64,000 nt of DNA from an uncultured Thermoplasmatales archaeon (lineage in GTDB: Archaea; Thermoplasmatota; E2; DHVEG-1), in assembly GCA_964467345.1 (NCBI GenBank), contig CAYXPY010000004.1:17358-81357 (forward strand), read 5' to 3'. This document shows, piece by piece, positions 1 through 9,688 of this stretch. The notes beneath the pieces are model-generated. The model did no database searches. It was not told the origin of the DNA and saw only the letters and a program-made list of their open reading frames with translations. A program made the translations under genes and the position numbers. How positions within the stretch are numbered: the stretch's first letter is position 1; each line of letters starts with the position of its first letter.

Positions 1-615
1 AGCAACAGTGCGAATTTGCTTGTTCGGATGGGTGTAGGTCGTATTGATATCATCGATTTTGACGTCGTTGACATTACAAATTTGCATCGTACGTCGTTAT
101 TCTCAGAAAATGATATTGGGAAGTTTAAAGCAACAATCCTCCAACAGAGACTTGAAGAGATTAACTCAAATGTTCATGTGAAAGGAATCAACCAGAAAGT
201 ATCCGCAAATAACATAGATTACTTAGTTCACGATGCTGACATTATTATTGATGGAACTGATAGCATCCAGCTTCGGCTACTTATCAATCAAATATCACTC
301 ACTCATAACATCTCCTGGGTGTACGCAGGGGTCAATGAGACCATTGGGATGGTCATGGGCATCCTTCCAAAAAAAACACCATGTTTTCAATGCATCACTC
401 AGAATATACCAGATTCAAATGCGTTGGAAATACCAGTGCTTGGCAGTTTGCCAGTTATGATAGCGGCTATTCAATCTAACGAGGCAATAAAAATGCTTCT
501 GGGGATACAACCGAAAGGATTGCTTATCTACGATGTTTGGAACCAATCCTTTGAAACCATTAACATCGAAAGAAATCCCGACTGTCCCACTTGTTCAACG
601 AAAACAATATATTGA
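1..615 (+). CDS. ThiF/MoeB/UbaA-type E1-like adenylyltransferase (5' partial, continues upstream of window)
   Basis: The reading frame is open to nt 1 with no start codon. It contains 'RMGVGRIDIIDFDVVDITNLHR' and a C-terminal CxxC zinc motif 'CPTCS', both typical of the MoeB/ThiF/UbaA family. Confidence 0.8.
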   Translation, partial: SNSANLLVRMGVGRIDIIDFDVVDITNLHRTSLFSENDIGKFKATILQQRLEEINSNVHVKGINQKVSANNIDYLVHDADIIIDGTDSIQLRLLINQISLTHNISWVYAGVNETIGMVMGILPKKTPCFQCITQNIPDSNALEIPVLGSLPVMIAAIQSNEAIKMLLGIQPKGLLIYDVWNQSFETINIERNPDCPTCSTKTIY

Positions 616-628
616 AAAAGGAAAAACT

Positions 629-877
629 ATGAAAATCACCGTGAAATTAATTGGCCGTTATAAAGACATTACCGGGCAAGAAAGTATCGATTTTGATATC
701 ACAGATGATACAACCATTCGAGACATTATTAACATATTTGTGACAAAATACCCTGCTGTTCAAAAAGATAAAGGTCGTATGATGGTTATTAAAAATAAAT
801 TGTTCACCTCGTATGACGCTACGGTTGGCAAAGAGGATGAGATTGCTTTATCTCCCCCGGTGGTTTCTGGTGGTTAG
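629..877 (+). CDS. ubiquitin-like beta-grasp protein (SAMP / MoaD-ThiS type) ending in Gly-Gly
   Basis: The 82-aa product MKITVKL... ends in ...SPPVVSGG*. The ATG at 629 sits 14 nt after the E1 stop. The longer ORF-track start at 533 overlaps E1 and is rejected. Confidence 0.7.
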   Translation: MKITVKLIGRYKDITGQESIDFDITDDTTIRDIINIFVTKYPAVQKDKGRMMVIKNKLFTSYDATVGKEDEIALSPPVVSGG

Positions 878-882
878 ATAGA

Positions 883-2142
883 ATGAGAAGAACATATGCA
901 GTAGCCGAGTTATTACTTATTTTACTTCTTCTTAGCTCAGCTGTAGTTACCGCGGAAAAACAAGTTATTGTCGATTTTTACTATTCTGAAACATGTGGAT
1001 CTTGCAGACCGGCTATTGAAGTCATAGACAACGTGACTGTTCATTATGAAAAAAATTACTCTGGAAAAGTAATTATTAACAAAAAAGACGTTGGTGCAAA
1101 TGCAACCAATCGTGAGGAAATGCGTACTAGGAAACTATCGTATCCCTCCGTCATTATCAACAATGAAACAAGAATCCCTAAAGCGAATATCACGTTTATT
1201 GATGTGACGCAAAGAATCGATGAGTACATCGCAAATCTTAGGATTACGAAGACATATGATGAAAATATCATACACATCCCATTAATCGGGACTGTGAATA
1301 TAACCACTTTGTCTCTCCCATTATTAACCGTTGTCCTTGCAGGACTAGATAGTTTTAACCCCTGTTCCTTTTTTATACTGATTTTTCTTTTAAATCTACT
1401 TGTCCATCTCCAGTCCAGAAGAAGAATGCTTCTTGTCGGTGGCATTTTTATCTTTTTTTCGGGACTATTTTATTTTCTTTTCATGTTTGTCATGTTCAAT
1501 ACCTTATTGATTACTGCATCATTTGTAAATTACTTCTCCGCTGCAGTTGGACTGGTTGCCGTAGGCATAGGTCTGCTGAACATGAAGGATTTCTTCATAT
1601 TGAAAAAAGGACCAAGCCTCAGTATCCCTCAAGAAAAACGATCACTCATCTTTCAAAGAATACGAAAACTCATAAAATCACCCTCACTTGTAGCAATGCT
1701 TGGTGCGACAATCTTCTTGGCGATAAGTGTTAATTTTTATGAACTGCTCTGCACCCTTGGTTTTCCCCTCATCTATACGACACGATTAACAAGTGTTGAA
1801 GTCCCAATAATAGAATATTATCTCTACATTTTAAGTTACAATATCATCTATGTCATTCCATTAATCATCATTCTTCTAATCTTCAGCTTCACCCTGGGAA
1901 AAATGAAACTGACTGAGTGGCAAATACAGAGATTAAAATTGTTCTCCGGAATCCTTATCTTTTCTTTTGGGTTGTTATTCATCGTTGATTATATGTTACT
2001 TGAAAATATTCTTACCTCGATTAGTTTACTACTCCTGAGTTTATTGCTGACATTATGCATATCGCCACTTTGGAAAAAAATTAGAAACAAGCAAGAAAAC
2101 ATACCCAAAAATAACTCTGAAATATCGAAAAATAAATATTAG
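883..2142 (+). CDS. membrane thiol-disulfide oxidoreductase: N-terminal thioredoxin-like domain (CGSC) fused to a CcdA/DsbD-like multi-TM domain
   Basis: A hydrophobic leader is followed by 'YYSETCGSCRPA' and then about eight hydrophobic helices. Conserved Cys lie in 'LDSFNPCSFF' and 'ELLCTLGFP', the CcdA pattern. Confidence 0.6.
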   Translation: MRRTYAVAELLLILLLLSSAVVTAEKQVIVDFYYSETCGSCRPAIEVIDNVTVHYEKNYSGKVIINKKDVGANATNREEMRTRKLSYPSVIINNETRIPKANITFIDVTQRIDEYIANLRITKTYDENIIHIPLIGTVNITTLSLPLLTVVLAGLDSFNPCSFFILIFLLNLLVHLQSRRRMLLVGGIFIFFSGLFYFLFMFVMFNTLLITASFVNYFSAAVGLVAVGIGLLNMKDFFILKKGPSLSIPQEKRSLIFQRIRKLIKSPSLVAMLGATIFLAISVNFYELLCTLGFPLIYTTRLTSVEVPIIEYYLYILSYNIIYVIPLIIILLIFSFTLGKMKLTEWQIQRLKLFSGILIFSFGLLFIVDYMLLENILTSISLLLLSLLLTLCISPLWKKIRNKQENIPKNNSEISKNKY

Positions 2143-2145
2143 ACG

Positions 2146-2622
2146 TTATTCTCCAGATAGGACCTTTTGAATTTCTTTATTTAACGATTTTTTAATAATC
2201 GGCAGTCGCTTCTTTAGTTGCGCAGACAAACCAATCCCAAAGGAGAGATCATATGGTTGAACACCAAACACATACAGTCTCCGGGGAAGTTCATTAAGCT
2301 GCTTTGAAAATGCAAGGACATTTATGAAATCTGATTCATGCGTTGATAACTGAATAGGTGTTTTTTTTTGTTGAATCTCTGCAAGGGTAAACAATCGATT
2401 TTCACCAGGTTTACCTTTGAAATCCACTGCGTCCACAAGGATAACAACATCAAAATGGGAAAGAAGATGAAGCAGATTCATCCCCCCTGTGCCTGCATCA
2501 ATCAAATCCGCATCTTTGTAGGATAAATTTTTCTGTTTCTGCAAAAAACCAAGTAATTCGATTCCTATGCCATCATCACGGCGGAGGGGATTACCCAACC
2601 CAATGATCCCAATACGGCTCAT
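2146..2622 (-). CDS. [NiFe]-hydrogenase maturation endopeptidase (HycI/HoxW/FrhD family)
   Basis: 'IGIIGLGNPLRRDDGIGIELL' matches the GxGNxxxxDDGxG signature. The product is 158 aa and the gene lies immediately downstream of the large subunit. Confidence 0.85.
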   Translation of the reverse strand: MSRIGIIGLGNPLRRDDGIGIELLGFLQKQKNLSYKDADLIDAGTGGMNLLHLLSHFDVVILVDAVDFKGKPGENRLFTLAEIQQKKTPIQLSTHESDFINVLAFSKQLNELPRRLYVFGVQPYDLSFGIGLSAQLKKRLPIIKKSLNKEIQKVLSGE

Positions 2623-2634
2623 ACGGAAGATAAA

Positions 2635-3936
2635 TCAGAGAAAGGTAACGTCAAGATAATGAGTTGAACAGGAGATACAAGGGTCGTACGCACGTACTAA
2701 CATTTCTAGCATCAACTCAATTTCTTTTGGGTTTTTATCAAGGATCTGTGGAACGAGTTTCTCCATATCTTTCTGAATGTTGGCATGGTTCTGGTTTGTT
2801 GGAATGATGCAGTTGGCTTTCGTACAATACCCTTTTGAGTTCAATGTGTAATCATGGACAAGGATACCTCGTGGTACTTCAACGATCCCGACACCCCTCC
2901 CGGATTTCACCACTGGTTTTACTGGTTTTTCATATTTGAATTTCTGATCCATGAGAGAGTCGATGAGATACAGAGAATCCTGAATGTTGTGGGAAAACTC
3001 AACGAGCTGAGCAATCGTGTTCATATAGGGGTTGTACGAAGGTGCCCGCAAGCCGAACATATGAGCGATTTCCTGAGCAACAGGGTAGAGTTGATTGCTA
3101 TTGAGATTGAACCGAGCCAATGCCCCAACCATGTACGACTCCCGTGCGTGTTTCGCATATTTTGCTGTTGATTGAGGGACGACATATTCTTGCATAACCT
3201 CCTTGTAGTTGCGATACGACGGATGACGCCCTGTGTCGGTTGACCCAATGATCCCGTCGTAGAGTGCATATTCTGAATCCGAGGTAAGTCCGATATATTC
3301 AGTCTCCCTGGAAAACGACGGGAGTTTTTCTGAGACACCATGCAGGATGGATGCAAGTTGAGAGGTAAGGCCCTGAGCCTCGATGAGTCTTTTTTTCAAT
3401 TCAACAAGTTCTTTCTCAGTTGGAATAGCTGAAAAACCACCAACGACCAAGCGGATAGGATGAATCGTACGACCGCAAATAAGGTCGGACATCTCGTTTG
3501 CGAGACGATGTAATTTAACTATCGTTAGGACCGTATCGGTATGTTTTCCAACCAAGGGAAACACGCTGCCGACTCCAAACAAATCTGGTGCCACAAGATA
3601 GCCGATATGCAGGATATGGCTTTGCATATTCTCTGCGTTAATCGCAAGACGACGTAATTGTGCTGTCTGTTTTGTGATGCTTACTCCTAACGCATCTTCC
3701 GTGGCCTTTAAGGATGCCAGGGAATGGCCAATGGAGCAAATCCCACAAATCCTAGATGTAATCGGGCGCAGCTCATTGTAATGTTGTCCTCGCAACATAG
3801 CCTCGAAAAAACGAGGAGCTTCGACGACACTCCATTGGAGTTTGTCGATTTTGCCGTTTTTCACATCAAGGGTGATATTGCCATGACCCTCGACACGAGT
3901 GAGATGCTCGACATGAACTGAAAAATCTTTACTCAT
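2635..3936 (-). CDS. [NiFe]-hydrogenase large subunit, group 3 (sulfhydrogenase alpha-like)
   Basis: It contains 'TRVEGHG', 'RICGICSIGH' (RxCGxCxxxH) and a C-terminal 'DPCISCSTH'. The start is placed at MSKDF (3936). The ORF-track start at 4131 would run through the small-subunit gene. Confidence 0.9.
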   Translation of the reverse strand: MSKDFSVHVEHLTRVEGHGNITLDVKNGKIDKLQWSVVEAPRFFEAMLRGQHYNELRPITSRICGICSIGHSLASLKATEDALGVSITKQTAQLRRLAINAENMQSHILHIGYLVAPDLFGVGSVFPLVGKHTDTVLTIVKLHRLANEMSDLICGRTIHPIRLVVGGFSAIPTEKELVELKKRLIEAQGLTSQLASILHGVSEKLPSFSRETEYIGLTSDSEYALYDGIIGSTDTGRHPSYRNYKEVMQEYVVPQSTAKYAKHARESYMVGALARFNLNSNQLYPVAQEIAHMFGLRAPSYNPYMNTIAQLVEFSHNIQDSLYLIDSLMDQKFKYEKPVKPVVKSGRGVGIVEVPRGILVHDYTLNSKGYCTKANCIIPTNQNHANIQKDMEKLVPQILDKNPKEIELMLEMLVRAYDPCISCSTHYLDVTFL

Positions 3937-4693
3937 CGTAACTACACTCCTTTCTTCCGTAATTATACATCGTACAACGCCGTCGAATATCCTCATAAGA
4001 AAGATTATAACGCTCAAGGACCTCTTTGACACATTCAGTCTCTGCTTTTTTAATAAGACCTCGACATCCTTCACAGGGACTGTTATGAGTCGGACAGATG
4101 GCCTTACACCCAGCCCTTGTGATTGGCCCAAGACAAAAATTACCTAGTTCAAATTGACAGATGTTTTCGTTCTTCTTACATTCAACACACACAGGATAGC
4201 GAGGGATTTCAGGTTTTTTTCCAAGGGCTATCGCAGTGATGACTGATTTAAACTCATCCCGGTCAATTGGACAGCCATGAATGTAATAGTCAACGGGCAC
4301 GACCTCGTTGAGCGCCTTGGTTTGGAAGACATCAAACAGCTTGTTTCCCTTGAGGTTTGCATCACCATAGACTTCTTTCTTTACTTCCTCAGGCATCCAT
4401 TGGTTCCGTATCTTGTTCACACCACCAATCGTCGCACATGCCCCAAGGGCGATGAGGATCTTTGCATGAGTCCGTATCTTCCGTAAACGCTCCTCATCTA
4501 TTGGCCTCATGATTGAGCCTTCGACGATAGCTATGTCGTACTCATCAGAATGTTCCTTCATCACCTCTCGGAATGAGACAACATCAACAAAGGAGATAAG
4601 GTCAAGGATCTCCTCTTCGAGGTTGGCGATCTGCAATTCGCAACCCTCACAGTCAGCAAAATCAAAGACCGCGACCCGTGGTTTTGCCTTCAT
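3929..4693 (-). CDS. [NiFe]-hydrogenase small subunit, group 3 (delta/MvhG-like)
   Basis: 'VAVFDFADCEGCELQ' is the proximal-cluster motif, and the C-terminal half is Cys-rich. It overlaps both flanking genes by 4-8 nt. Confidence 0.85.
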   Translation of the reverse strand: MKAKPRVAVFDFADCEGCELQIANLEEEILDLISFVDVVSFREVMKEHSDEYDIAIVEGSIMRPIDEERLRKIRTHAKILIALGACATIGGVNKIRNQWMPEEVKKEVYGDANLKGNKLFDVFQTKALNEVVPVDYYIHGCPIDRDEFKSVITAIALGKKPEIPRYPVCVECKKNENICQFELGNFCLGPITRAGCKAICPTHNSPCEGCRGLIKKAETECVKEVLERYNLSYEDIRRRCTMYNYGRKECSYDE

Positions 4694-6633
4694 TCAAACG
4701 CCTCCGGTAAATCCTTCAGCTTCCCGTAATTGAAAACCGGACCTTCTTTACACACATAAACCCCGTTGATCTGGCAGTGTCCACATTTAGCCACTCCGCA
4801 TTTCATTCGCCGTTCAAGAGACACATAAATGTTATCATCGGGTATCCCGAGAGTCTGTAGACATTTTATGACGAATTTATACATCACGGGTGGTCCGATA
4901 ACAACAGCGATGGTGTTCTTTGAGTCAAGTTTATCAGCCTGGATTTTTGGAAACAAGGTTGTAATCAGACCTGTACAACCACCCCAGCATTCACTTGGAT
5001 CGCATCGATCAACGGTGAGTTCGCATTGTACGTTTGATATCTTTTTCCATTTGTCAACATCATCCATAAAGGTGATTTCATTTGGGCGTTTAGCCCCATA
5101 AAGGATAATGATGTCCTTGAACTTCTCTCTATAACGAGAATCAAGAACATGGTTGATCAGCGAACGCATTGGAACCATGCCTGTTCCACCGGAGGTGAAA
5201 AGCAATGTTTTACCTTCGAATGATGCAACATCAAATCCGTTTCCCAAAGGTCCTCGAACCCCTACTTTATCTCCGGGTTTCATTAAGCATAATTTTTTTG
5301 TCACGTTGCCAACCTGACGAACCATAATCTCAAAGACCGGGGTATCCCCTGGCGGAGAGGAGATGCCGAACGGTGCCTCGCCATATCCGAATACGGAGAC
5401 TTCCACAAATTGCCCTGGTTTATGACCGAGCGGTTTTTTGTCGTCCATTTCGATTTCAAAAAAGCTGTCGGTTTCATTAAACCGGGTTATTTTCTGGATG
5501 GTCGCACTGCGTGGGACATGAATGATTCCTTTTTCTAAAACCTCCGTTTCTTCCCTTATAAAATATCTCCCAGTATCCTTACTTGATGAGAAATGAGCAA
5601 GTTCATTGATGAGGTTACAGGGATCTGCAATATCAGGTAAACATGCGCTTCCACAACGCCCGCATCCTACACAGGCTACAAATCCATATCGCTCGGGAAG
5701 GTAGTTTCCTTTTCTAAAGAACCGATGTCGATACCGTTCTTTTATGTCCTCTCTGAATACTTCACCACTGCCGACCTTTGTGAATTCCTTAAGCATGCAT
5801 CCATCCCAGGTCCGCACCCGGGTGCCGTCCTTGAGGTTCAATGATACGTTATCTTTGACATCGTAACAAAAACAGGTTGGACAGACCATGGTGCATGAGC
5901 TGCATTCCATGCAGACATCTGCATGTTCTTCCCATATCGCATGTTGATAATTTGCGACAAGAAGGGCGGACCAGTCTTTCTTATCGACCTTTACCTTCTG
6001 TTTATATTTCTTTAGTACTGTCTGACGGATTTTTTCAACCTTTCCTAGGTCCGCTGGTGAAGCATCCTTCACCGTTGCATATTTTTTCAGTAGTTTTGTT
6101 CCTTTTTCAGAGCCGACGGTTACGACATAGGACGTTCCAATGTCTGTGAGAAGCAAATCAAAACCTGTATCGGTGACGTTTGTTTTCATGCTCCCTGCAA
6201 AAGACCGCTCAGAAACATTTTGAATATCGGTTCCAATGATGATGGTGTTTTCCCGACGTTTCTTATAGAAAGTGTCTTGTTGTTCGTCCAGGTAATGACG
6301 GTCTGTTTGTTCTAATGCGATGATATCATAGGGATGAACTCCGATAATGATTCGCGGGGTATCATCAGAGGCGGCTTTTGCTTCAAAGGGTTTTTCTAAT
6401 GAAAAATCCAATAACTGCTCATACTGTGGGAGGAAATATTTCTTCGGAGGAAGAATGGTGACATCGTAATGTAATTGTAATTGATCGGCAGAGGATAACG
6501 TATCAAAGACATAGCGTTTTCCTTTGGCAACAACCCCAACGACATCGTAGCTTCCGTCTTTTATTAAAGAGTTTACAAATGTTGAAAAATCTTTTTTAGA
6601 TATGGTTTTTACAACTTGTTTCATCTCAGACAC
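4690..6633 (-). CDS. fused sulfhydrogenase beta+gamma-like subunit (HydB/AsrA-like FeS domain + HydG/AsrB/PyrK-like FAD/NAD(P) domain)
   Basis: The N-terminal half has 'CMECSSCTMVCPTCFCYD' and 'CVGCGRCGSAC'. The C-terminal half has 'MKPGDKVGVRGPLGNGF' and 'LLFTSGGTGMVPMRS' of the FNR fold, plus a terminal 'CGVAKCGHCQ' 2Fe-2S motif. Confidence 0.7.
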   Translation of the reverse strand: MSEMKQVVKTISKKDFSTFVNSLIKDGSYDVVGVVAKGKRYVFDTLSSADQLQLHYDVTILPPKKYFLPQYEQLLDFSLEKPFEAKAASDDTPRIIIGVHPYDIIALEQTDRHYLDEQQDTFYKKRRENTIIIGTDIQNVSERSFAGSMKTNVTDTGFDLLLTDIGTSYVVTVGSEKGTKLLKKYATVKDASPADLGKVEKIRQTVLKKYKQKVKVDKKDWSALLVANYQHAIWEEHADVCMECSSCTMVCPTCFCYDVKDNVSLNLKDGTRVRTWDGCMLKEFTKVGSGEVFREDIKERYRHRFFRKGNYLPERYGFVACVGCGRCGSACLPDIADPCNLINELAHFSSSKDTGRYFIREETEVLEKGIIHVPRSATIQKITRFNETDSFFEIEMDDKKPLGHKPGQFVEVSVFGYGEAPFGISSPPGDTPVFEIMVRQVGNVTKKLCLMKPGDKVGVRGPLGNGFDVASFEGKTLLFTSGGTGMVPMRSLINHVLDSRYREKFKDIIILYGAKRPNEITFMDDVDKWKKISNVQCELTVDRCDPSECWGGCTGLITTLFPKIQADKLDSKNTIAVVIGPPVMYKFVIKCLQTLGIPDDNIYVSLERRMKCGVAKCGHCQINGVYVCKEGPVFNYGKLKDLPEAFE

Positions 6634-6745
6634 CTTTTTTCGTCTAAGGAGATAACTTTCTGATAATCAGATGACCCCGTGGAGGGTGAATGGATATTCC
6701 AATTTAAGTTTTTTGATTTCCTAAAATAACTCCTTTTAAGGTTGG

Positions 6746-8095
6746 TTATTCTGGCGCTTGGGGGATATACCCATGTGTCATCAGGGTCTGTGTTATATCC
6801 CTGGATTTTTTTATGATTGACAATGCATGTTCATAGAGCTGTTGACGAGATGGTTTGATCCGAGCAATCCCCTGGGATATCGCTTTCATACCCACAGCAA
6901 CAGCCTCTCTGGGGAAGACTTCCCAAGAGTCCATGGTAGGTACTATGGAAGTATCACTCAGTCCTGCGTCCTCTGCTGTTTTTGCTAGCTCATGGGCAGC
7001 TGCGATGCACATTTCATCAGTGATGGTCTCAGCGCGGACGTCAAGAGTGCCGCGGAATATCCCTGGGAAGCCTAATGAGTTGTTGATTTGGTTGGGGAAA
7101 TCTGATCGGCCTGTTGCGATGATACGGGCTCCTGCTTCTTCTGCTTCCCATGGCCAGATCTCTGGTATTGGATTTGCCGTAGCAAAGAGAATTGAGTCCT
7201 GTGCCATGGAGGAGACCCATTCTTTTTTAATTGTACCTGGACCGGGTTTGCTTGCGGCGATACAAATATCGGTATCTCTGAGAGCGTCAGCAAGGCCACC
7301 GGTGCGTCCTTCAGCGTTTGATTGTAAGCACATCGTCCATTTTTCAGGGTTATTTTCTTTTTCTTGTTCCAGGTCCTCTCGAGAGGTATGAAGAATGCCT
7401 TTGCTGTCTGCCATGATGATGTTTTTCTGCTGCACCCCTGCTGCGATAAGCACGCGTGCGATAGCGATGTTTGCTGCACCTGCACCGACCATGCTGACAA
7501 GAGCACTGTCAAGAGGTTTCCCTACGATTTTTAAGGCATTGATCGCCCCTGCGGTGACTATGGTTGCGGTACCTTGTTGATCATCATGCCATACCGGGAT
7601 ATCCATCTCTTTTCTTAAGCGATCTAGGATGTAGAAACATTTTGGTTTTGCAATATCCTCTAGATTGATACCACCGAAGCTTGGTTTGAGCCATTTCACT
7701 GCCTGGATAATCTCCTCAGGTTTTTTAGTGTCAAGACAGATTGGGTATGCATCGACGCCACCAAGGTATTTGAAGAGGAGTGATTTCCCTTCCATGACCG
7801 GAAGTCCTGCCTCAGGTCCGATGTCTCCAAGTCCAAGGACTCGTGTCCCATCACTGATGACAGCGACCGTATTCCACTTATTCGTGTAATCAAAAACCTT
7901 TAACGGATGCTTTTGAATCTCTTTGCAGGGTTCTGCGACACCGGGGGTATACCAGATAGCGAAATCATTGAAGTCTTTTATCCGACATTTTGGCAGCACC
8001 TCTATTTTTCCGCGATAGAAAGGGTGTAACCTCATAGCGTCTTTCGCTGGTTTATTTGCTTTTTCAAGCAGTTGTTTTTCGTTGATTTTTTTCAT
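6746..8095 (-). CDS. malic enzyme (decarboxylating malate dehydrogenase), short archaeal type
   Basis: 'WYTPGVAEPC', 'VAVISDGTRVLGLGDIG' and the Rossmann motif 'GAGAANIAIARVL' are present. The product is 449 aa. Confidence 0.85.
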   Translation of the reverse strand: MKKINEKQLLEKANKPAKDAMRLHPFYRGKIEVLPKCRIKDFNDFAIWYTPGVAEPCKEIQKHPLKVFDYTNKWNTVAVISDGTRVLGLGDIGPEAGLPVMEGKSLLFKYLGGVDAYPICLDTKKPEEIIQAVKWLKPSFGGINLEDIAKPKCFYILDRLRKEMDIPVWHDDQQGTATIVTAGAINALKIVGKPLDSALVSMVGAGAANIAIARVLIAAGVQQKNIIMADSKGILHTSREDLEQEKENNPEKWTMCLQSNAEGRTGGLADALRDTDICIAASKPGPGTIKKEWVSSMAQDSILFATANPIPEIWPWEAEEAGARIIATGRSDFPNQINNSLGFPGIFRGTLDVRAETITDEMCIAAAHELAKTAEDAGLSDTSIVPTMDSWEVFPREAVAVGMKAISQGIARIKPSRQQLYEHALSIIKKSRDITQTLMTHGYIPQAPE

Positions 8096-8221
8096 AATAA
8101 GTTCCCACGTTGGGGATATGATATTTTGCTATATTAATTCGCATGATTCGTATTGTTGGAAAAAATGAAAAATTATTGATAGTTTTAAATATGATAGGTG
8201 GATAAACCTTCTGCAGAGAAG

Positions 8222-8238
8222 TCGGAAAAGTATATATA
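8222..8238 (+). promoter_or_regulatory. BRE/TATA candidate for the hdr operon
   Basis: 'cggaaaag-tatatatag' lies about 40 nt upstream of the hdrC ATG, in the 180-nt divergent intergenic region shared with the malic enzyme gene. Confidence 0.4.
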
Positions 8239-8276
8239 GTTAACAATTGTTAATTAATGAATAGAGAGAGTCTAAA

Positions 8277-8804
8277 ATGAGCATTATCGACTTGACTTCT
8301 ATGGGGGAGCCGCAGTCGGATCAACGAAAAGAACTCAACGACCGACTCAAAAAACTCCAAGACGAAATATCAGACTATTGTTTCCAATGCGGTAGATGCA
8401 CCTCTGGCTGCGAAGCACATAAACTCCTAGAGCTAGAACCACATAAAATCATCGCATTATTAAAACGAGGATTACTCAACGAACTTGTCAACTCCGATGT
8501 CATCTGGACCTGCATGAGCTGTATGAAATGCAGGGAACGCTGCCCCCAACGCGTCGCCCCTGTTGAGGTTTTATTTGCTTTAAAGAACATGGCTGTCGCA
8601 AGCGGCAAACAAATCCCGGGGAAATATACCAGTATGCTGCAGTCAATCCTCTCGATGGGACTTATCCAGGACATCCAGCAAACCACAACCCGTGGTAATA
8701 CAACAGTGAAACGAGACGAGCTTGGACTCCCTTCGCTTTCCAAACCAGTTGATGTTGCCAAGTTTCAAGCAGGGATCATGAAAATCGCGATGGAAAAGGT
8801 ATAA
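8277..8804 (+). CDS. hdrC: heterodisulfide reductase subunit C-like (2x[4Fe-4S])
   Basis: 'CFQCGRCTSGC' and 'CMSCMKCRERCP' give two 4Fe-4S motifs. Confidence 0.8.
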   Translation: MSIIDLTSMGEPQSDQRKELNDRLKKLQDEISDYCFQCGRCTSGCEAHKLLELEPHKIIALLKRGLLNELVNSDVIWTCMSCMKCRERCPQRVAPVEVLFALKNMAVASGKQIPGKYTSMLQSILSMGLIQDIQQTTTRGNTTVKRDELGLPSLSKPVDVAKFQAGIMKIAMEKV

Positions 8805-8809
8805 GGACG

Positions 8810-9688
8810 ATGAAAAAGAAATACGCTCTGTATCCTGGTTGTTTAATGCCAACAGAACAATACGCCTACGAGCTTTCAATCAGAGAAACTCTACCGATAC
8901 TCGGTATTGACCTCGTCGACGTAGAAGGCTTTTCCTGTTGTGGAGAACCAATGAAAAGCGTGAATCAATTCCTCACCTTGTATCTCTCCACACGCAATCT
9001 TGCGATAGCCGAGAAGCATCATCTTGACCTGTTCGTCCCATGTGCAATGTGTCATCTGGCACTTTCCGAATGTCACCATGTTCTAGAGAAGAACCCAGCA
9101 ATGAAAGAACGAATCAACAGCCACCTCGCTGCCGAGGACCTACAATACACCGGGAAAAGCAAGATTGTTCACACCATCGATTTATTATATGATCAAATCG
9201 GGATTGAAAAGATAAAGGAGCATGTCAAAAAACCACTCACCGGTCTGAAAATAGCGGCTCATTATGGGTGTCACCTGATCCGTCCCAGTGAGATCGGTCG
9301 TCCGGATGACTCAGAAAATCCACAGAAAATAGAATCGATCCTCAAAGCCATCGGTGCCGAACCAGTCAACTACCCTCAGAAACTTGATTGTTGCGGTGCG
9401 CCATTACTTGCCAATCTCCCAGAGTCCGCGCTGACAAAAACAGGTCAGAAGCTCCAGGCAATACAAGAACAAGGAATCCAAGCATTGGTGGATGTCTGTC
9501 CTTGGTGCCATAAGATGTTCGACAGCAGACAAACCAAAGCAGCAGAGACCGTCGCAACAAAACTTGATGTCCCGGTATTCTACCTTACTCAATTACTTGG
9601 AATGGCCTTTGGACTATCTGCTGAAAAACTCGGCTTAGCACTCAACCTCAGCCCTGTCGAAAAACTCCAGCAGGAGGCTGCGACGTAA
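8810..9688 (+). CDS. hdrB: heterodisulfide reductase subunit B-like (two CCG domains)
   Basis: 'SCCGEP' and 'DCCGAP' are the two CCG motifs. Its stop overlaps the hdrA ATG (taATG). Confidence 0.85.
   Translation: MKKKYALYPGCLMPTEQYAYELSIRETLPILGIDLVDVEGFSCCGEPMKSVNQFLTLYLSTRNLAIAEKHHLDLFVPCAMCHLALSECHHVLEKNPAMKERINSHLAAEDLQYTGKSKIVHTIDLLYDQIGIEKIKEHVKKPLTGLKIAAHYGCHLIRPSEIGRPDDSENPQKIESILKAIGAEPVNYPQKLDCCGAPLLANLPESALTKTGQKLQAIQEQGIQALVDVCPWCHKMFDSRQTKAAETVATKLDVPVFYLTQLLGMAFGLSAEKLGLALNLSPVEKLQQEAAT

Noticed and set aside
533-877. 114-aa ORF-track version of the MoaD/SAMP-like gene
   Set aside because: Its first 32 codons overlap the E1 gene out of frame. An ATG at 629 gives the expected ~82-aa beta-grasp protein.
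2635-4131. 498-aa ORF-track version of the hydrogenase large subunit with a 65-aa N-terminal extension
   Set aside because: The extension would run through the small-subunit gene in another frame. The conserved N-terminus (MSKDF..TRVEGHG) starts at 3936, just after the small-subunit stop.
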